Positions 29,501 through 42,046 of a stretch of DNA of 64,000 nt are shown here, piece by piece. The DNA lies in assembly GCF_022539665.2 (NCBI RefSeq), contig NC_081331.1, positions 13,454,001 to 13,518,000 of the forward strand, written 5' to 3'. Source of the DNA: Daphnia carinata. Taxonomy: Eukaryota. Position 1 is the first letter of the stretch. Each line of letters starts with the position of its first letter. The position numbers were made by a program, and so were the translations under genes. The notes beneath the pieces are model-generated. The model saw only the letters and a program-made list of their open reading frames with translations. It was not told the DNA's origin and ran no database searches.

Positions 29501-32325
29501 TGGCTCTTTTTCTAATATTTCCCCACCAACCCAAATAAAAACGTGGGGGGAGGCGATGAACATCACGTGTGTGCGTATAGACGAAAGCAAATGAGAATAA
29601 GCCACTTTGAGCTGCCGCTATGTACTCGTTCAAAGAGATTAAACACCACCACCATCAAATAGTAGAGCGTGCGCCCCTTTATATAAATATATAAAAGAAT
29701 AGCGTGTACTATTTTCAAGTTGAATACATTTGAAACGAGATCCACACATCCGTAATAATATGGGCGTTTCTCTTTCGGGATTTTATTTTTTTTAACTATC
29801 ACCGCTCATTTGCATACGACGAATAGGGTGAACGATTGAAATCCACTTAAAAGCCGTACGGGATCAACATGATGTCACTTCTGTGTTTTCAACGACAATT
29901 TAAGGGAATAACGTAAAACCTTAGGGACTGACGTTAAATTTAAGAACGTGTTCTCTATTGGCAACGCCCCGTTCAGTCCCGCGTCATTAGTGTTAATCAT
30001 CTTTCTAGTTAATCCCCCTTTTTTTTCTTTTTGAGGTAACATCTCAAAACTAGGGGAAGGAAAAAAATACGGAGAGAACTAAAAGGATAAGAGTAACAAT
30101 CGTCGTCAACGAGACACAGACAAGGGCGACGCCCCATCTATGGCCGAGCGCGAATGAATAGTGTCGATAGAAAGCTATATCTTTGACGTGTAGATGATTG
30201 ACGTAGCCCTGACTACATCCATATTAGCGATACACCTTCACAATGTATAACTATATTATCTACGTTTTTTTCTTTCCCCCGCAGAAAGATAATGACAATC
30301 TTCACTTCCTTATGTAGCACTTGGTTCAATATATAAATGCTATATCTTTGTGCGCGTTCTATACCCTTAGCGTTTTTACAGGCTTACGTTTACTCCCCCC
30401 AGTATGCGATGCACTGTTCGGTTCTTATTATTCTCTCTTTAAAAAGTATACGTTTTCCGCTTCTTTATAATAACGAAACTGTCGCCGACAGACGACGCCC
30501 GTATAACTAAACAGCGTAGTTATTACAAGTCCGACACATCACAAGAGGGGAAAACGTTGTAACGTGTGTAAGAACTTCTGGCAGTGAAGGCAAAAAACGA
30601 CTCAACGCATTTGCTTTCCCTAAGAAATTTGGGAACGTTTTAATAACACGGGGGGGGGCAAAAAAGGTATGACAGAATGCGAAATCATCTCGAGTTTTGC
30701 ATAAAAGTTTAAAAGGAGAAACAAAAAAATAATAACGACCTTGCAAATAACAGATGCGACAGCCAACGTCTTCCAGTTTTCGCAGAATATAACGCTGTAT
30801 ATCTTTGCTCGCAAGTGGAGTTTCGAAAAGATGGGGCAGGAAAATGATTTGGGAATTCAAAAAGGGATTTTTAGTTCAAAGTAGATATGCCGACATTTAA
30901 ACTTTTGCTTTGGCTTTTTTACCGTTACGCTGATGATACTTAACTGTTGCCTTATTACGAAGAAGAACCTCTGCGCAGTTCATCAAGTTTGATTTTTTTT
31001 TCGCGAGGTACAACAGGGAGCACAAAAGCTGCCTTTGTATTTTAGGAGAGCTCGAAAAACACATTGTCGATGTTACTGCGCAATATATTTGGACGAAAGG
31101 GATTGAAAGTCTTGCATCAGCTTTTGAAAACAAAGTTTCAAAGCCTTTGTCTCGCATGCCCATCCAATTAGCCGCTTCCTTTTCTCTATCTTTTTTCCCA
31201 CATTCTCCAGTAGAAACAGAAGGAACGAGAAGAAAAGAAAAGTACATAGATAGAGAGAGATGAGTCTTTCAAGTTTTTAAGCCTTTGGCGCCCAATCAGT
31301 GGAGGATCATCATGTATCGAAGAGTTCAGTCCTTTTTTTTTGCCAAGTCGTGCGCGTTCTTTTTAAATGAACCAATTGGCTGTCCCGATATCACGAAGAC
31401 GCTTTGTGTAGACGAGTTCATTTCTGCGTCCCCTTCTTCTCCCCCCCCCCCTTGCTTCACCATTATAATTATTGCATTTGTAAAGTCGATGATGTGGAAC
31501 CTGTACACGATATTAGACATCCAGTGAAGCGGTTTCAGAAAAGAATTGGCCGAGACTTCAAATCTCCTGATTTAAAGCAACGAAGCGGACGTTATTGATT
31601 CGATTTCAAGGAAAATTCTAGCGACGATTGAAAAATGGGCTTGTTAATTTCACAGTTTCATCGCTGATTGTGTTTAACAGACAATATAAAAAGAAGCCTC
31701 TATTCTTTAATGCTCCAGTCTTCCCCTAAAAATAAATTTGACTATGGGCGGGCCTTTTGAAACTATCACGGAACCAAGAAAGGTCGAGGGCAGCACAAAA
31801 GAAAAAGGCAGCTTCGCAATTATAAGACGAACGGAGGAGGGAAAACTTGATTAACAGTATCCGCAGCAGTAAGAAAGAAGTACACGTATATTAACGCAGC
31901 ACAACGAATGAAAGCATCACGGAACAAATAAAAAATCGACCGTCTATATAATTAGAAAACCATTCAAGAATTTTTTTTAGGAGGGGTTTGTACACAACTG
32001 AGCTATAATACCATCCTGCTTTTTTTACGCTTTGTTTTTATTGTTACATTTTTTTTTTTTTTGCTCTTTCCCTCCTACCTTCTTGAAGAGGGACGCGTGT
32101 ATCGCATAAAACTCTGAAATGTAAATGCTTGGATTGGCGCTTTGATCTATTCGGGAAACCCCGATGTATTCGTTTTTATGACATTTTTTTGTGTGTCTCT
32201 CAATCGAAAGAGAAGCTAGCGCTTCTTCTATATCGCTTGTGAAAAATGTATAGCATCACCCTCGTCGCATACCGAACTGTGCAGATGTGAAGAATGTCGT
32301 TGTATACACATATCACAGAGCGAAA

Positions 32326-32347
32326 GAGAGAGAGAGAGAGAGAGAGA
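32326..32347. repeat. (AG)n microsatellite
   Basis: About 11 AG units. Confidence 0.75.
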
Positions 32348-35300
32348 AAGCGAAATTGGATACGGACAGAGAAGAATATCAATCTCGGATGTATTTTTCT
32401 GGATGTAACGCTCCCTCCATTGCTTGGTGGATGTGTTGACACAGAGAATCCACGACCGTTTTTCTTTTTATCTAGACATATATAAATCTCGTCCGAGGGA
32501 TGTAGACACCATTCTTTTTTTTTTTCTAAAGTATATATAACGTTGATATAAATTAAGCGAACATCAGCAGCATCGACTTGGGAAAGACAACAAGCCGGAA
32601 CTTCCACACTTCATCCGTCCCTTTTTTGGTGAGTACGTGTTAGTCCGGATAAGAAAATGAAAGAGACCTCTTTTTTGAATAATAGATGTCTAGTAATACA
32701 CAAGGAGAGTGCTCTACTATACTATTCACTGAAACTGCGAATGAAAAGGAAAGGTCTTCATCTGATTGTATTTGGAGAATCGTCTGCATACGTTCGTTTT
32801 TGTTTTAAATAGACGTTTGGATGAACATATCATTGAATGAGATGGAACAAAGTTTGTATAAATTAGCGAAGCTTTTGTTGTGTACAAGCAATACACGTTT
32901 ATTCATTGCGGATCAAAGCTAATATTTGATTAATATTCTTGCTTGTTTTTGCTGGTGTATACAAGGGACCCCAAAGTTGAGATTAAACGCAACTTTGTAT
33001 TCTCAATTTTATGAATGGATAATTAAACAATGTATTCCCTCTTTAGCTGAGCACGTACCGGTTTATACATAGAGAAAATCCTGTGCTGTACGAACTATTT
33101 TTAAACTTTTCAATTTTGTATTGATTTTTTTTTTGTTACCCACTCTTGCAAGGCTATAGCGGAACATCTATTGAGTTGGATACGTGCGCACATCCGCCAA
33201 TGACTACACAGAATAAAGACTAGTCCATCAACTGATTACTACCAACTTTTTCTTTTGCCTCCCCTCTCTGCGTTCACGAGTTGTTTTCGTCCCTTTATTC
33301 ACCGGTTATCTATAGTTATAATGTTTAAAATAAAAAAACAAAGTTCCTTCTCCGCCTTATACTTTCCCTGATTTCGTTCGAGAAAACTGTTATTGTTTTA
33401 TTGATATAAAAATGTATCTGAGGGTATGTGACTTAAACATCAATACGAGATATATGACCACACTATCTTTTGACGTAAAATAGACGCCGATTCAGATTTT
33501 TTCTTCGGTCATGTTAGCCATTCTATAGCCATCGAACAATTTGGGGGGAGAGACGCGACATCCATCAAACATTTTGTCGCCGGCAAATCTCTTTCTGACT
33601 CACCCACACGGCTGTTTGTCGACGCTCGGCACGACGATTTCCCCTTCACGACATCAAGATCGGACCCGACTTGAATACAAAAGTACCGCAGCTCCAATCT
33701 TTATGTGTGCCATTAACGTATGTACAGAGCGAGGCTCTTTTATTTTCAGCTTACCAAATATGATGAAATGGTTTGCAAGCCAAGTCTGTGTCATTACATC
33801 GAAGATGTTTCGCGTTAGACGCGGGTTGAAACTGGAGGCGTTAAATCAACGTTAGTAGAACAGCTGCTCCGGCATGTGTGAGAAATAATCACGTGTTGTA
33901 TAAATGCACAAGACTTGCGGATTGCGTGGAAACATCGAAAAAATTCGGCTATCGACCATGTGTGTCTTTTATATTTGTGAGACGCATCGAGGCGTGAGGC
34001 GACAAATGGCGTGGGTTTCGAACCATCATCATCAAGTTTTCACTTCCGTTTGCTGTCTATTTTTTGTTTTCCTTCTATCAATATGAAACAAGATGGAGGA
34101 ACTAGCGGAAACAGCCAACGACTGAATTATTAAAGTTTTTGGTAGGTATAGGCACAGAAGAGGGAAACTTACCGCTAGACTCTTGAAGAACTTTACGCTA
34201 TTCGCTCTGCCGCCAACGCTGAAATTTCAAAAAATCTGTACAACCAAAGTAGACAAATAAAAAGCCAAAAACACGTTGACAGGGGTCGTCTTTTTAATTC
34301 TCGCTGTATTTTTTTGGGTTTTTCGTTGTTGTTGAAGTGTGCTCTTCAGATAATGACGTCACTCATTAAAAACTATGCAGACCGTGCGCACGCCTCAATA
34401 CATTTCCAATTTTTTTGTATGTTTCGGGACTTTTTGTCAGCTAATGACTGTTAGTGTCTTTATACGTGAGAGCTTCTGCGATGATGAAGATTCTGCTGAT
34501 CTGTGAAAGTTCCATACTATAAGAACAAAAGAGAGAGAGACAACAACGATGAGAAAAAAAAATCTAGGATGAAAGAAGTAGAAAGGAAAAGGAGAGAAAG
34601 AATGGACCAAGTTCCAAAGATAACATACAGAGTACATCAAAGAGCCATCTAGGAAAAATATGTCTGCAACATCGGCCTTCTCTAGCACCCCTTTCTTGTT
34701 CTCCCCTCTCTTCAACTCGAGCTCTATTTTATTTATTTTTTCATTCCCCTCAATACAGACATGGAAGTAGAGTGATATTGACGATCTATAACGTGTATAT
34801 CTGTGCGGAATCGCCTATGGCTTCTCCATATCGATTCATTTATCTTCCCATCTCAAATGTACACACGCGCCTTATCGTCTTTCACCAAACATCCCTATAA
34901 AGAATCCCTTTTTTCATCTGTGTATTTTTAAAAGGATGACCATTGAATGGTCAGGATAAAAGTTTACGTGTGAACAATAGCCAGATGGGATATAAAGGGT
35001 TTTTTTCGTTATAGTGTAGCGGTCACGAGTTGGTACTATATTATTACGTATTGATTGAAACTTTCTTTCTTTTGTCATTCTTTTTTATCATCGCAATCAT
35101 GACTACATTTTATATGGTGAGGGTGGGGGGAGAGATGATGGTGACATATCATAACACATTCTCGCTAAAGGTTCTGTTATTGACGTCCACGTGACTCGTC
35201 GATGATTGAGCCGCCAGTGATGATGTCATTCACTAAACTAGGAGGGGTTGACTAAAACATGTAAGAAATGCCCTTTTTTAAATATTTATAAGTGTTGAAT

Positions 35301-37131
35301 ACAAAATATACGTTAGGACATACAAGACTATAGAACAAATATTCTTTTTTCGATGTTCCAGCTGTTTTCGTCCTTTTTTTTTTGCTAACATCCACACAAC
35401 TCTAAAGCTATATCATCCATACCAGTACAGTTATAACCCCTCTGGAGACTAATATATGAAGTTTATATCGCTCTCGCGTGTGTCTACGTGGAAGACGCAG
35501 AGACGGAGAAGTAACACAGTATGGTAGAATGATATTAGGAAGGGAGAGAATTGGAAGAACGATTCCGACTGAAGAGAAAAAACGGGAGAACGAGCGATCC
35601 GAGCACATTATATCCCCCCTCTCTTCTCTGAAACCTTTTGCTGTACAGAGAGAGAGGCAGCACACGAAGATTGCCAGGAATTTCAATTACCAACGTACAA
35701 CTATATAGCAGCGCGCGTACTATACAGAGCACATCGTTCGTGATCCTACGCGTGTGAGGGCTAGGACAATCAGTCGCAGGGAAAATATATGAAGGAGCTT
35801 TTCTCAGAGGATAGGAATTCCCACGTGAGTGCTGCTGCTGAACACGAACTGTATAGTTCCAGGAAGAAAGAAAAAAAAAGAAAGTTTTTATTTTTCGGGG
35901 AGGGAATTAAAAGAGACAGGCTTTGTATGTTGAGGAACAAGGATTTTTCGAAAAGCTATTCCAATCCTTTTTTTAAAAAAATGTTCTTTAATGCTCCATT
36001 ATTTGTTTATGAACGATGCTGTGACAAAAAATCAAGTGACAGACAACAAAAGCCTCATTGAAAAGTCATCAAAAGAGAACGGCGTGAGACATTGTGAAAC
36101 GGATGTCTATGTATTTGCATGGATTTGTCAAGAAGACACTCGATCAATACATATATACAAAATATTTAAAAGAAATAAAAGGTATGCCCATGACAGACTC
36201 GCTGTGGTGACCATTAAACGTCCAAGTGGCCCGATAATTCACGCAATGCTTCCAGCCATACCCTTTGTATCGACTCTTGACACGTCTCCTGCGACCGGAG
36301 CACACATCTTTAATGAGCGCTTCTTCATTAACGAGTCCTATATGCCAAACTTGGACATTTTGAATTTTAAGACTAGCTTCAAGGAAACATCAAAGTGGCC
36401 CATGTCCTTTGCATTCAAGCATACACGAATATATTAAATGCGCTGAAAAGGAAAAATAGTCATAAAAAAGAAAGTCTATTCCCCGTTGATATTAAGATTG
36501 ATATTTACTCATGAATGGCGATGTGGAAAGCAACCGAAATGTTCATGAAAGGGCTTAAGGGTACACATATAGCAATCCAATTAATTGAAGCGAAAAGAAA
36601 GACGCTTCATTGATATATGTCTTTAAAGAAAAATCATTTTTCGTGTGTATATACACGTGGAGCGTCGGGTAACCCGAACCCCCAGCGATACAAGACGTGA
36701 TACCAGCGCAACAATAATATTTTTATAATTGATACTCTTCCAAGACGATTCCCCCCTCCCTTTTTTTAAAGGTTTAAAAACGAGAAATTGGAGATCTAGA
36801 ACAAACACACCATAGCAGCGAACGAAATGAGGATCTTATTGCTCGTTGTGGTTTTCTGTAAGTTGAATCGTTGCACTTGTGTTACACCAATCGCGTCAGA
36901 GGACCGTAATTGCAAAGAGAGAAAAAGACCGTAATCTACCCACGACAAACAATGGCGCGTGGAAATAGGCGGAGGTTTCGTTCAAATTTCATTTAGCGCG
37001 GTTTGCTTTTAAAACGGCTTCCGCTGTTTATTTTCAACATCTCTTTCGAAAGCAAAAGGCTTTGAAATCAGTTGTTCAGAATCGATAGAGCAGCCAGCAG
37101 CGCACGCAATAATTGCATGTAAATTAGATCA

Positions 37132-37820
37132 ATGGATTCGTACAACCAGGTATGCATATCAAATATTCACAATTCAGCCTAGATATTATATACGCTATTG
37201 TTCGATATCATGTGCAAACTTGCTGCGAGTGGAGCAGACGTCATGTATAAATAATAGGGGCGGTATAGCTATTGTTTCAGACATTGAATTGCATATGGTC
37301 GTAATTCCCCTCTCTATATGTGTTACGTATACATTACGTAAACTTTTGTCATTATATGTCTGTGTGGTTATATACTATGTATTATACATTTTGTTGTGTA
37401 AAAAAGACAAAAGCGTTTAGCGATGATGGGTACCAAGTGGCGTACAAGATGCGCCAACGTGATCAACTTGTGCGGGACAAGTCCCGACTGCAAGCCGAAT
37501 TGGACAGCGTAACGAGACAACTAGGGCGGGACACGTTACGGTTGCGCGATTTGCAGTATGCGGCTAAAGCGAGCGTGTTGAACGTGAGTGCTGGACATGA
37601 ATGGAATTATCGCATAACGAAAAAATCATTCGTCAATGATGTCGGTGAGTTTAAAAGAACAAAAATGGCTTTCTTTAATATTTAAATGTTAATTCGATAT
37701 GTTTTAGAAGCAACTTGTCAATCGCTAAAAGCAGATTGCAATCGGCTCGAAGCTCACCAACTTTACCTTAGGCGAGAAATTTGCTCAATGGAACTCCAGA
37801 TAACATCCCTACATCTTTGA
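37132..37820 (+). CDS. Hypothetical small coiled-coil protein, about 123 aa, 4 predicted exons
   Basis: Phase-compatible GT-AG exons 37132-37149, 37281-37297, 37421-37644, 37708-37820 (372 nt). They give MDSYNQTLNCICDDGYQVAYKMRQRDQLVRDKSRLQAELDSVTRQL...LKADCNRLEAHQLYLRREICSMELQITSLHL with heptad leucines. The 5' exons are uncertain. Confidence 0.5.
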
Positions 37821-39018
37821 CGACATATACGGATCATTTCTTTTACGATCGGATTGTTTTTACATAACAACACCGGAAGCATTTTTGATACTGTCATGAC
37901 AACGACTTTTTTTTTTTAACTTTAAAATGTTTTCCTTCACTATCCTTTGAGTATTTACACGTAAACTCAAGCCAAGAATAAAATGCAAAATTTTTTCCAA
38001 AACCTTCCTCAACTCTGCAACATTTTTTTTTTCACGTAATTGTTTGAACATTCGTTCACTTTTGAATGGAAAAGAAAAAAAGGGGGGATAGCTTTTTTTT
38101 TTCGTTCTTACATTTCCGGCTGTAAAAGAGTTCAAGTTGACAAGTCGAGCGTAAACATAGAACGTGCCATGCAATATCCGTGAGTGTCTGCTGTTCCGTC
38201 GACTTCTTTTTCATGTACACATACTCTATGTACATATACCATCAAAGCCATACCCCACCACATGAGCGTATATAGCTAGGGTATTGATCATTTCCCCCTT
38301 TTTCTTTCTTTTTTTACGTATACACCCCCGAAAGGTACATATAATGCACCTACCGTAATGGTGGAAAACGAGGAATAGTTGAGAGGCCAAACGATGATGG
38401 CGCTATATAGAACATCAACCCAAAAACTATTGCTGTAATATTCGGCCGTGATCTCCCTGGAGGCCACAGTTCCATTAGGGAAATAGATCTTTCTTATATA
38501 TGCATTTTTAGAAAGAGAGAGAGAAAAAAAATTGAGGGTTTCTGTTCTTTTATTGCGTTTTGATCGCATATCTTTAGGAGCGTACTTTATACACGCGTGC
38601 GGTACTAAGGGTTGGGATTATCAGATCGGGGACTATTCTACATGTGGGACACATTTGAAACGGACCGATCATCATTCAAGATGATGTGGCAATGAAATGT
38701 TATTTTATTGATCTTTTTTTTGCGTCATCTCTTTTGAAAGGATAGACATCTATAAATCATCAGCAATAAAAAGGGCATGGCTCGCGTGAAAAAACGGGAT
38801 CACGCTAGTGTCATCTATCGCTCACGAGGCTAATCACGCTGTCAAACGAAATTCAGCTAAAAGGATGGAGGACATGTCTTTTCAAATTGACGCTAGACTT
38901 TCAGCTTAATCAATCAACAAATAATTAATAACAACTAATGGCCCGGAAATGCGCTTCTTTGTGTCGTGACAAACCAGTTGGTCGTGAACGCTTCGTGTTG
39001 TTAGTCTAGGTGTGCAAA

Positions 39019-40392
39019 ATGGGGTCTCTTTTTAACGAAATTCAGCCGCTGCTCAAGTTGATGCAATTTTTCGGTTTGCATTTTCAACTCGGTGATGAAT
39101 TGAGCAAAATGAGCTTTTATTTCTTGCGCGTCTACGCTGCCCTTTGCCTCTTATTCAACATTAGCTGGAACAGTTACTCCACCGCTAAATTCATGAATTA
39201 TTGGCCGAGGATAACGCTCTCCACCGTTAATGATTTCATTGATTGTTTTAATTCTGCGTTTGATATCATTGGCTCTCACGCAGCCATGTACTTGATGACA
39301 TTTGGTAGTTTGTACGAAGTTCATAACTCTATCCAGCGGCTGGAACGTGTGCTGGGCACGCAATACAACCACAAATTACGCCATTCGTCGTGGATGGCCG
39401 TAGCTTTCGTCGTCTCTTTTGTAACATTTTGCTAATTGATTGTTTTTATAAACTTAATGCAATTATACAATTCACAAACATTGACAGGTTACAATGCAGT
39501 TATCGTTAACGGTTTATGATCGTGAAAGGTTTGCAAATTGGTACACCTATTACTCTTGGTTGTTTTCCGATATCGGACACGCATACCCAATGATGAGCTA
39601 TTGTCTCTTCTTCGTTTTTGCCATGGCCTTAGCTGTTCATTTCCAGCACGTCAATTCGAAGCTGACCTGTTATTTAGAACGTCAAAGCAAAAACAGCGGA
39701 GAACTGGACGGAATTCGGACACATCACGGACTTGTCTGCCAGACTGTCGATCAATTAAATGGCAGTTTTCAGAAGTTATCTTTCATTCACGTTGTTTTCG
39801 CTTTTATTGCGATTGTTAATACTTCGTTTATGTTGATGACGAAACCCTATTTCTCTACCAAGATTACTCTTTATCAAATCGAAAGTGTTGCGCGTCTCGG
39901 TCTGCTCGGTTACATCTGCGATCGCGTTCAGTTTGAGGTACCCCTGAATTATTACATTTAAATGAATGAACTGGTGTTCTAAAATTTAATTCTTTCACTA
40001 ATAAAGGCATTGGCTTGTCTGAAAACTTTGGCAAACATCAGGGGTGATCACGTGACAGGATATTCTCTGCTTCACCAACAGCAGGTATAAGTGAAGTTTA
40101 AATTGCTATTAAGTTATGATTGACGTAGAAAATTGGGGTGCAGCACGTCATGTTCGGCGGGCAGATATTACAAACGGTGCCGACATTTGACGTTTACGGT
40201 CTGTTCCATCTCAGTCGTCAATTGTTACCACATGTAAGGCGAAACACGTGCACTGATTTTCATTTTGAGTGATTATACATGCTCCACTACGTCTATATTC
40301 ATTATTATGCATTTTGGCTTTTCTCAACCCCCCAGTTAGTTGGAACGACAATTACATACTCGGTGATATTGTACCAGTTCAAAGGCCCTTGA
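39019..40392 (+). CDS. Gustatory receptor (7tm_7 chemoreceptor family), about 358 aa, 5 exons
   Basis: Exons 39019-39420, 39488-39937, 40007-40084, 40144-40233, 40336-40392 (1077 nt, phase-0 introns). Several hydrophobic helices, FDVYGLFHLS and the C-terminal Gr signature TTITYSVILYQF. Confidence 0.9.
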
Positions 40393-41344
40393 ACGTGACA
40401 GGACATCCGTGAATGTTTCCCTTTAACTGATGTCATTTTCTTTAGTTATTTACTGCAATGACGTTTGATAAGCAAAGAAAGTAGATTGTTTCAATGTTTT
40501 TCATGTTGTCACGTTGTCCTTTGAAGACGTAATACACAGAAGGTGGTAGTCTCTATAATTTATATGTTTGCTTATCACATCTGTTTAAAACAGTCTCTCC
40601 TAGAAATATTTAAGGAGCCTCGCAATGGCCAAGGGCATGGTAATCTCAGTACAAAAAGATAGTTCCGACAAGAACAAATAATAAATAACACTCAGTTATA
40701 CAAGAGAGACGGATGAGAATCGAATAGCGGAGTGACCAACTGGCTTTTGAAATATTACGCAATTCGGTCTATGCGATACTGGCTGGATGCACAACGTTAA
40801 AAATGAGCGGCTCAAGTAAAAATCCTTGGCGAAACTATTTTGTCATACAAAGAAAAAGAAGTCATCGATAATGAAAGATACAGAATGAAATTGTATGAAA
40901 CTGCTTTTATTCTTTAAAATCACCATCAGTACTGAAATTGATCACGTCAGCCTTGTAAAGTTTATGAATAATCATTTGAAAAGATAAAACTTTGCTGCTT
41001 CTAACGTTGGCAGTCTCGATGAAAAGATATAAATTATTCAAAGTTGGCTTGTAGTTTGATGAATGTTTTTAGTGGCATCGTCAAAATCCATCTGATTTAT
41101 GGAACAGGCAATAAAACACGCTGGTTCCATGTCCCCGAATTGCGCAGACTTTGTCTCGTGAACACTTGTATACAATTTCTCCAACTCTGTTTTGTTCAAC
41201 TACATCCTGTTACCCATACAATTGACATTAAAAACAATTTCTGATCTGTTTAATTTTCGAATTTTATTCAGTTAGTTTGTGCTACAATGTGCGGATGGGA
41301 TTCATAAGGTCAACACGACAAAGCAACGCTATCAAAGATACCAA

Positions 41345-42046
41345 TTACTCACGACTTTGAGTCGTATTGGAAGTATGGGAGGGAATTAGTGTAGAGTCAT
41401 CAGTTTCAGAACTGGAAATGTTGAGTTCATGTGCCCAGCTAGCGAAGAACGACCTGCGTAATTCAGGATAACTCAGCGTGAACAGAAATTCATCATCGTC
41501 CAATATCTCTGCAAGCATCTCGTCCAACGAACGGCGAAATTCGGGATCGTTCATAATACGTTGAACTTCACGGTCTTCAAACGTAGCCCCAAATTCTGAA
41601 TTGTTCAAAGCGGATCTAAACGCAGGGTCGTCCAGCGCTTGGATAACTTCGGGATCGCTCAGCACTCGCCGAAAATCCTCAACTTGACGGATGACTTGCG
41701 GATTGTTCAATCGACGTCGAAATTCACGATCGCCTAACATTAAAGCAAATAGTTGCACGTAATTAGTCGGTGGCCGGACGATGTTTGGGTTCAACGGAGG
41801 ACTAGGGGTGTACGTTTGTAGGTCATCAGAAGATCCAACTTTGTGCGAGAACATCGTGAATAATTGCTTGCACGTAGGACATTGTAATTTGATCGTACAC
41901 CATTCGACGATGCAGTGAAAACAAAAGACATGGCCACAATTCAAGTGTGATTTGTTCACATGCGGGCCCAGGCAAATGGCGCATTGGCCGTCGTCGTAAT
42001 CCGGGCGTGAGCTACCATCGTGAGTGGGTGCGTCATTCTTAGCCAT
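41345..42046 (-). CDS. Intronless C3HC4 RING-finger protein (putative E3 ligase) with C-terminal DP/STI1-like helical repeats, about 233 aa
   Basis: Single ORF with CAIC...CGHVFCFHCIVEWCTIKLQCPTC, followed by repeated D/N-P-x-F/V-R units. AATAAA on the minus strand near 41263-41268. Confidence 0.85.
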   Translation of the reverse strand: MAKNDAPTHDGSSRPDYDDGQCAICLGPHVNKSHLNCGHVFCFHCIVEWCTIKLQCPTCKQLFTMFSHKVGSSDDLQTYTPSPPLNPNIVRPPTNYVQLFALMLGDREFRRRLNNPQVIRQVEDFRRVLSDPEVIQALDDPAFRSALNNSEFGATFEDREVQRIMNDPEFRRSLDEMLAEILDDDEFLFTLSYPELRRSFFASWAHELNISSSETDDSTLIPSHTSNTTQSRE

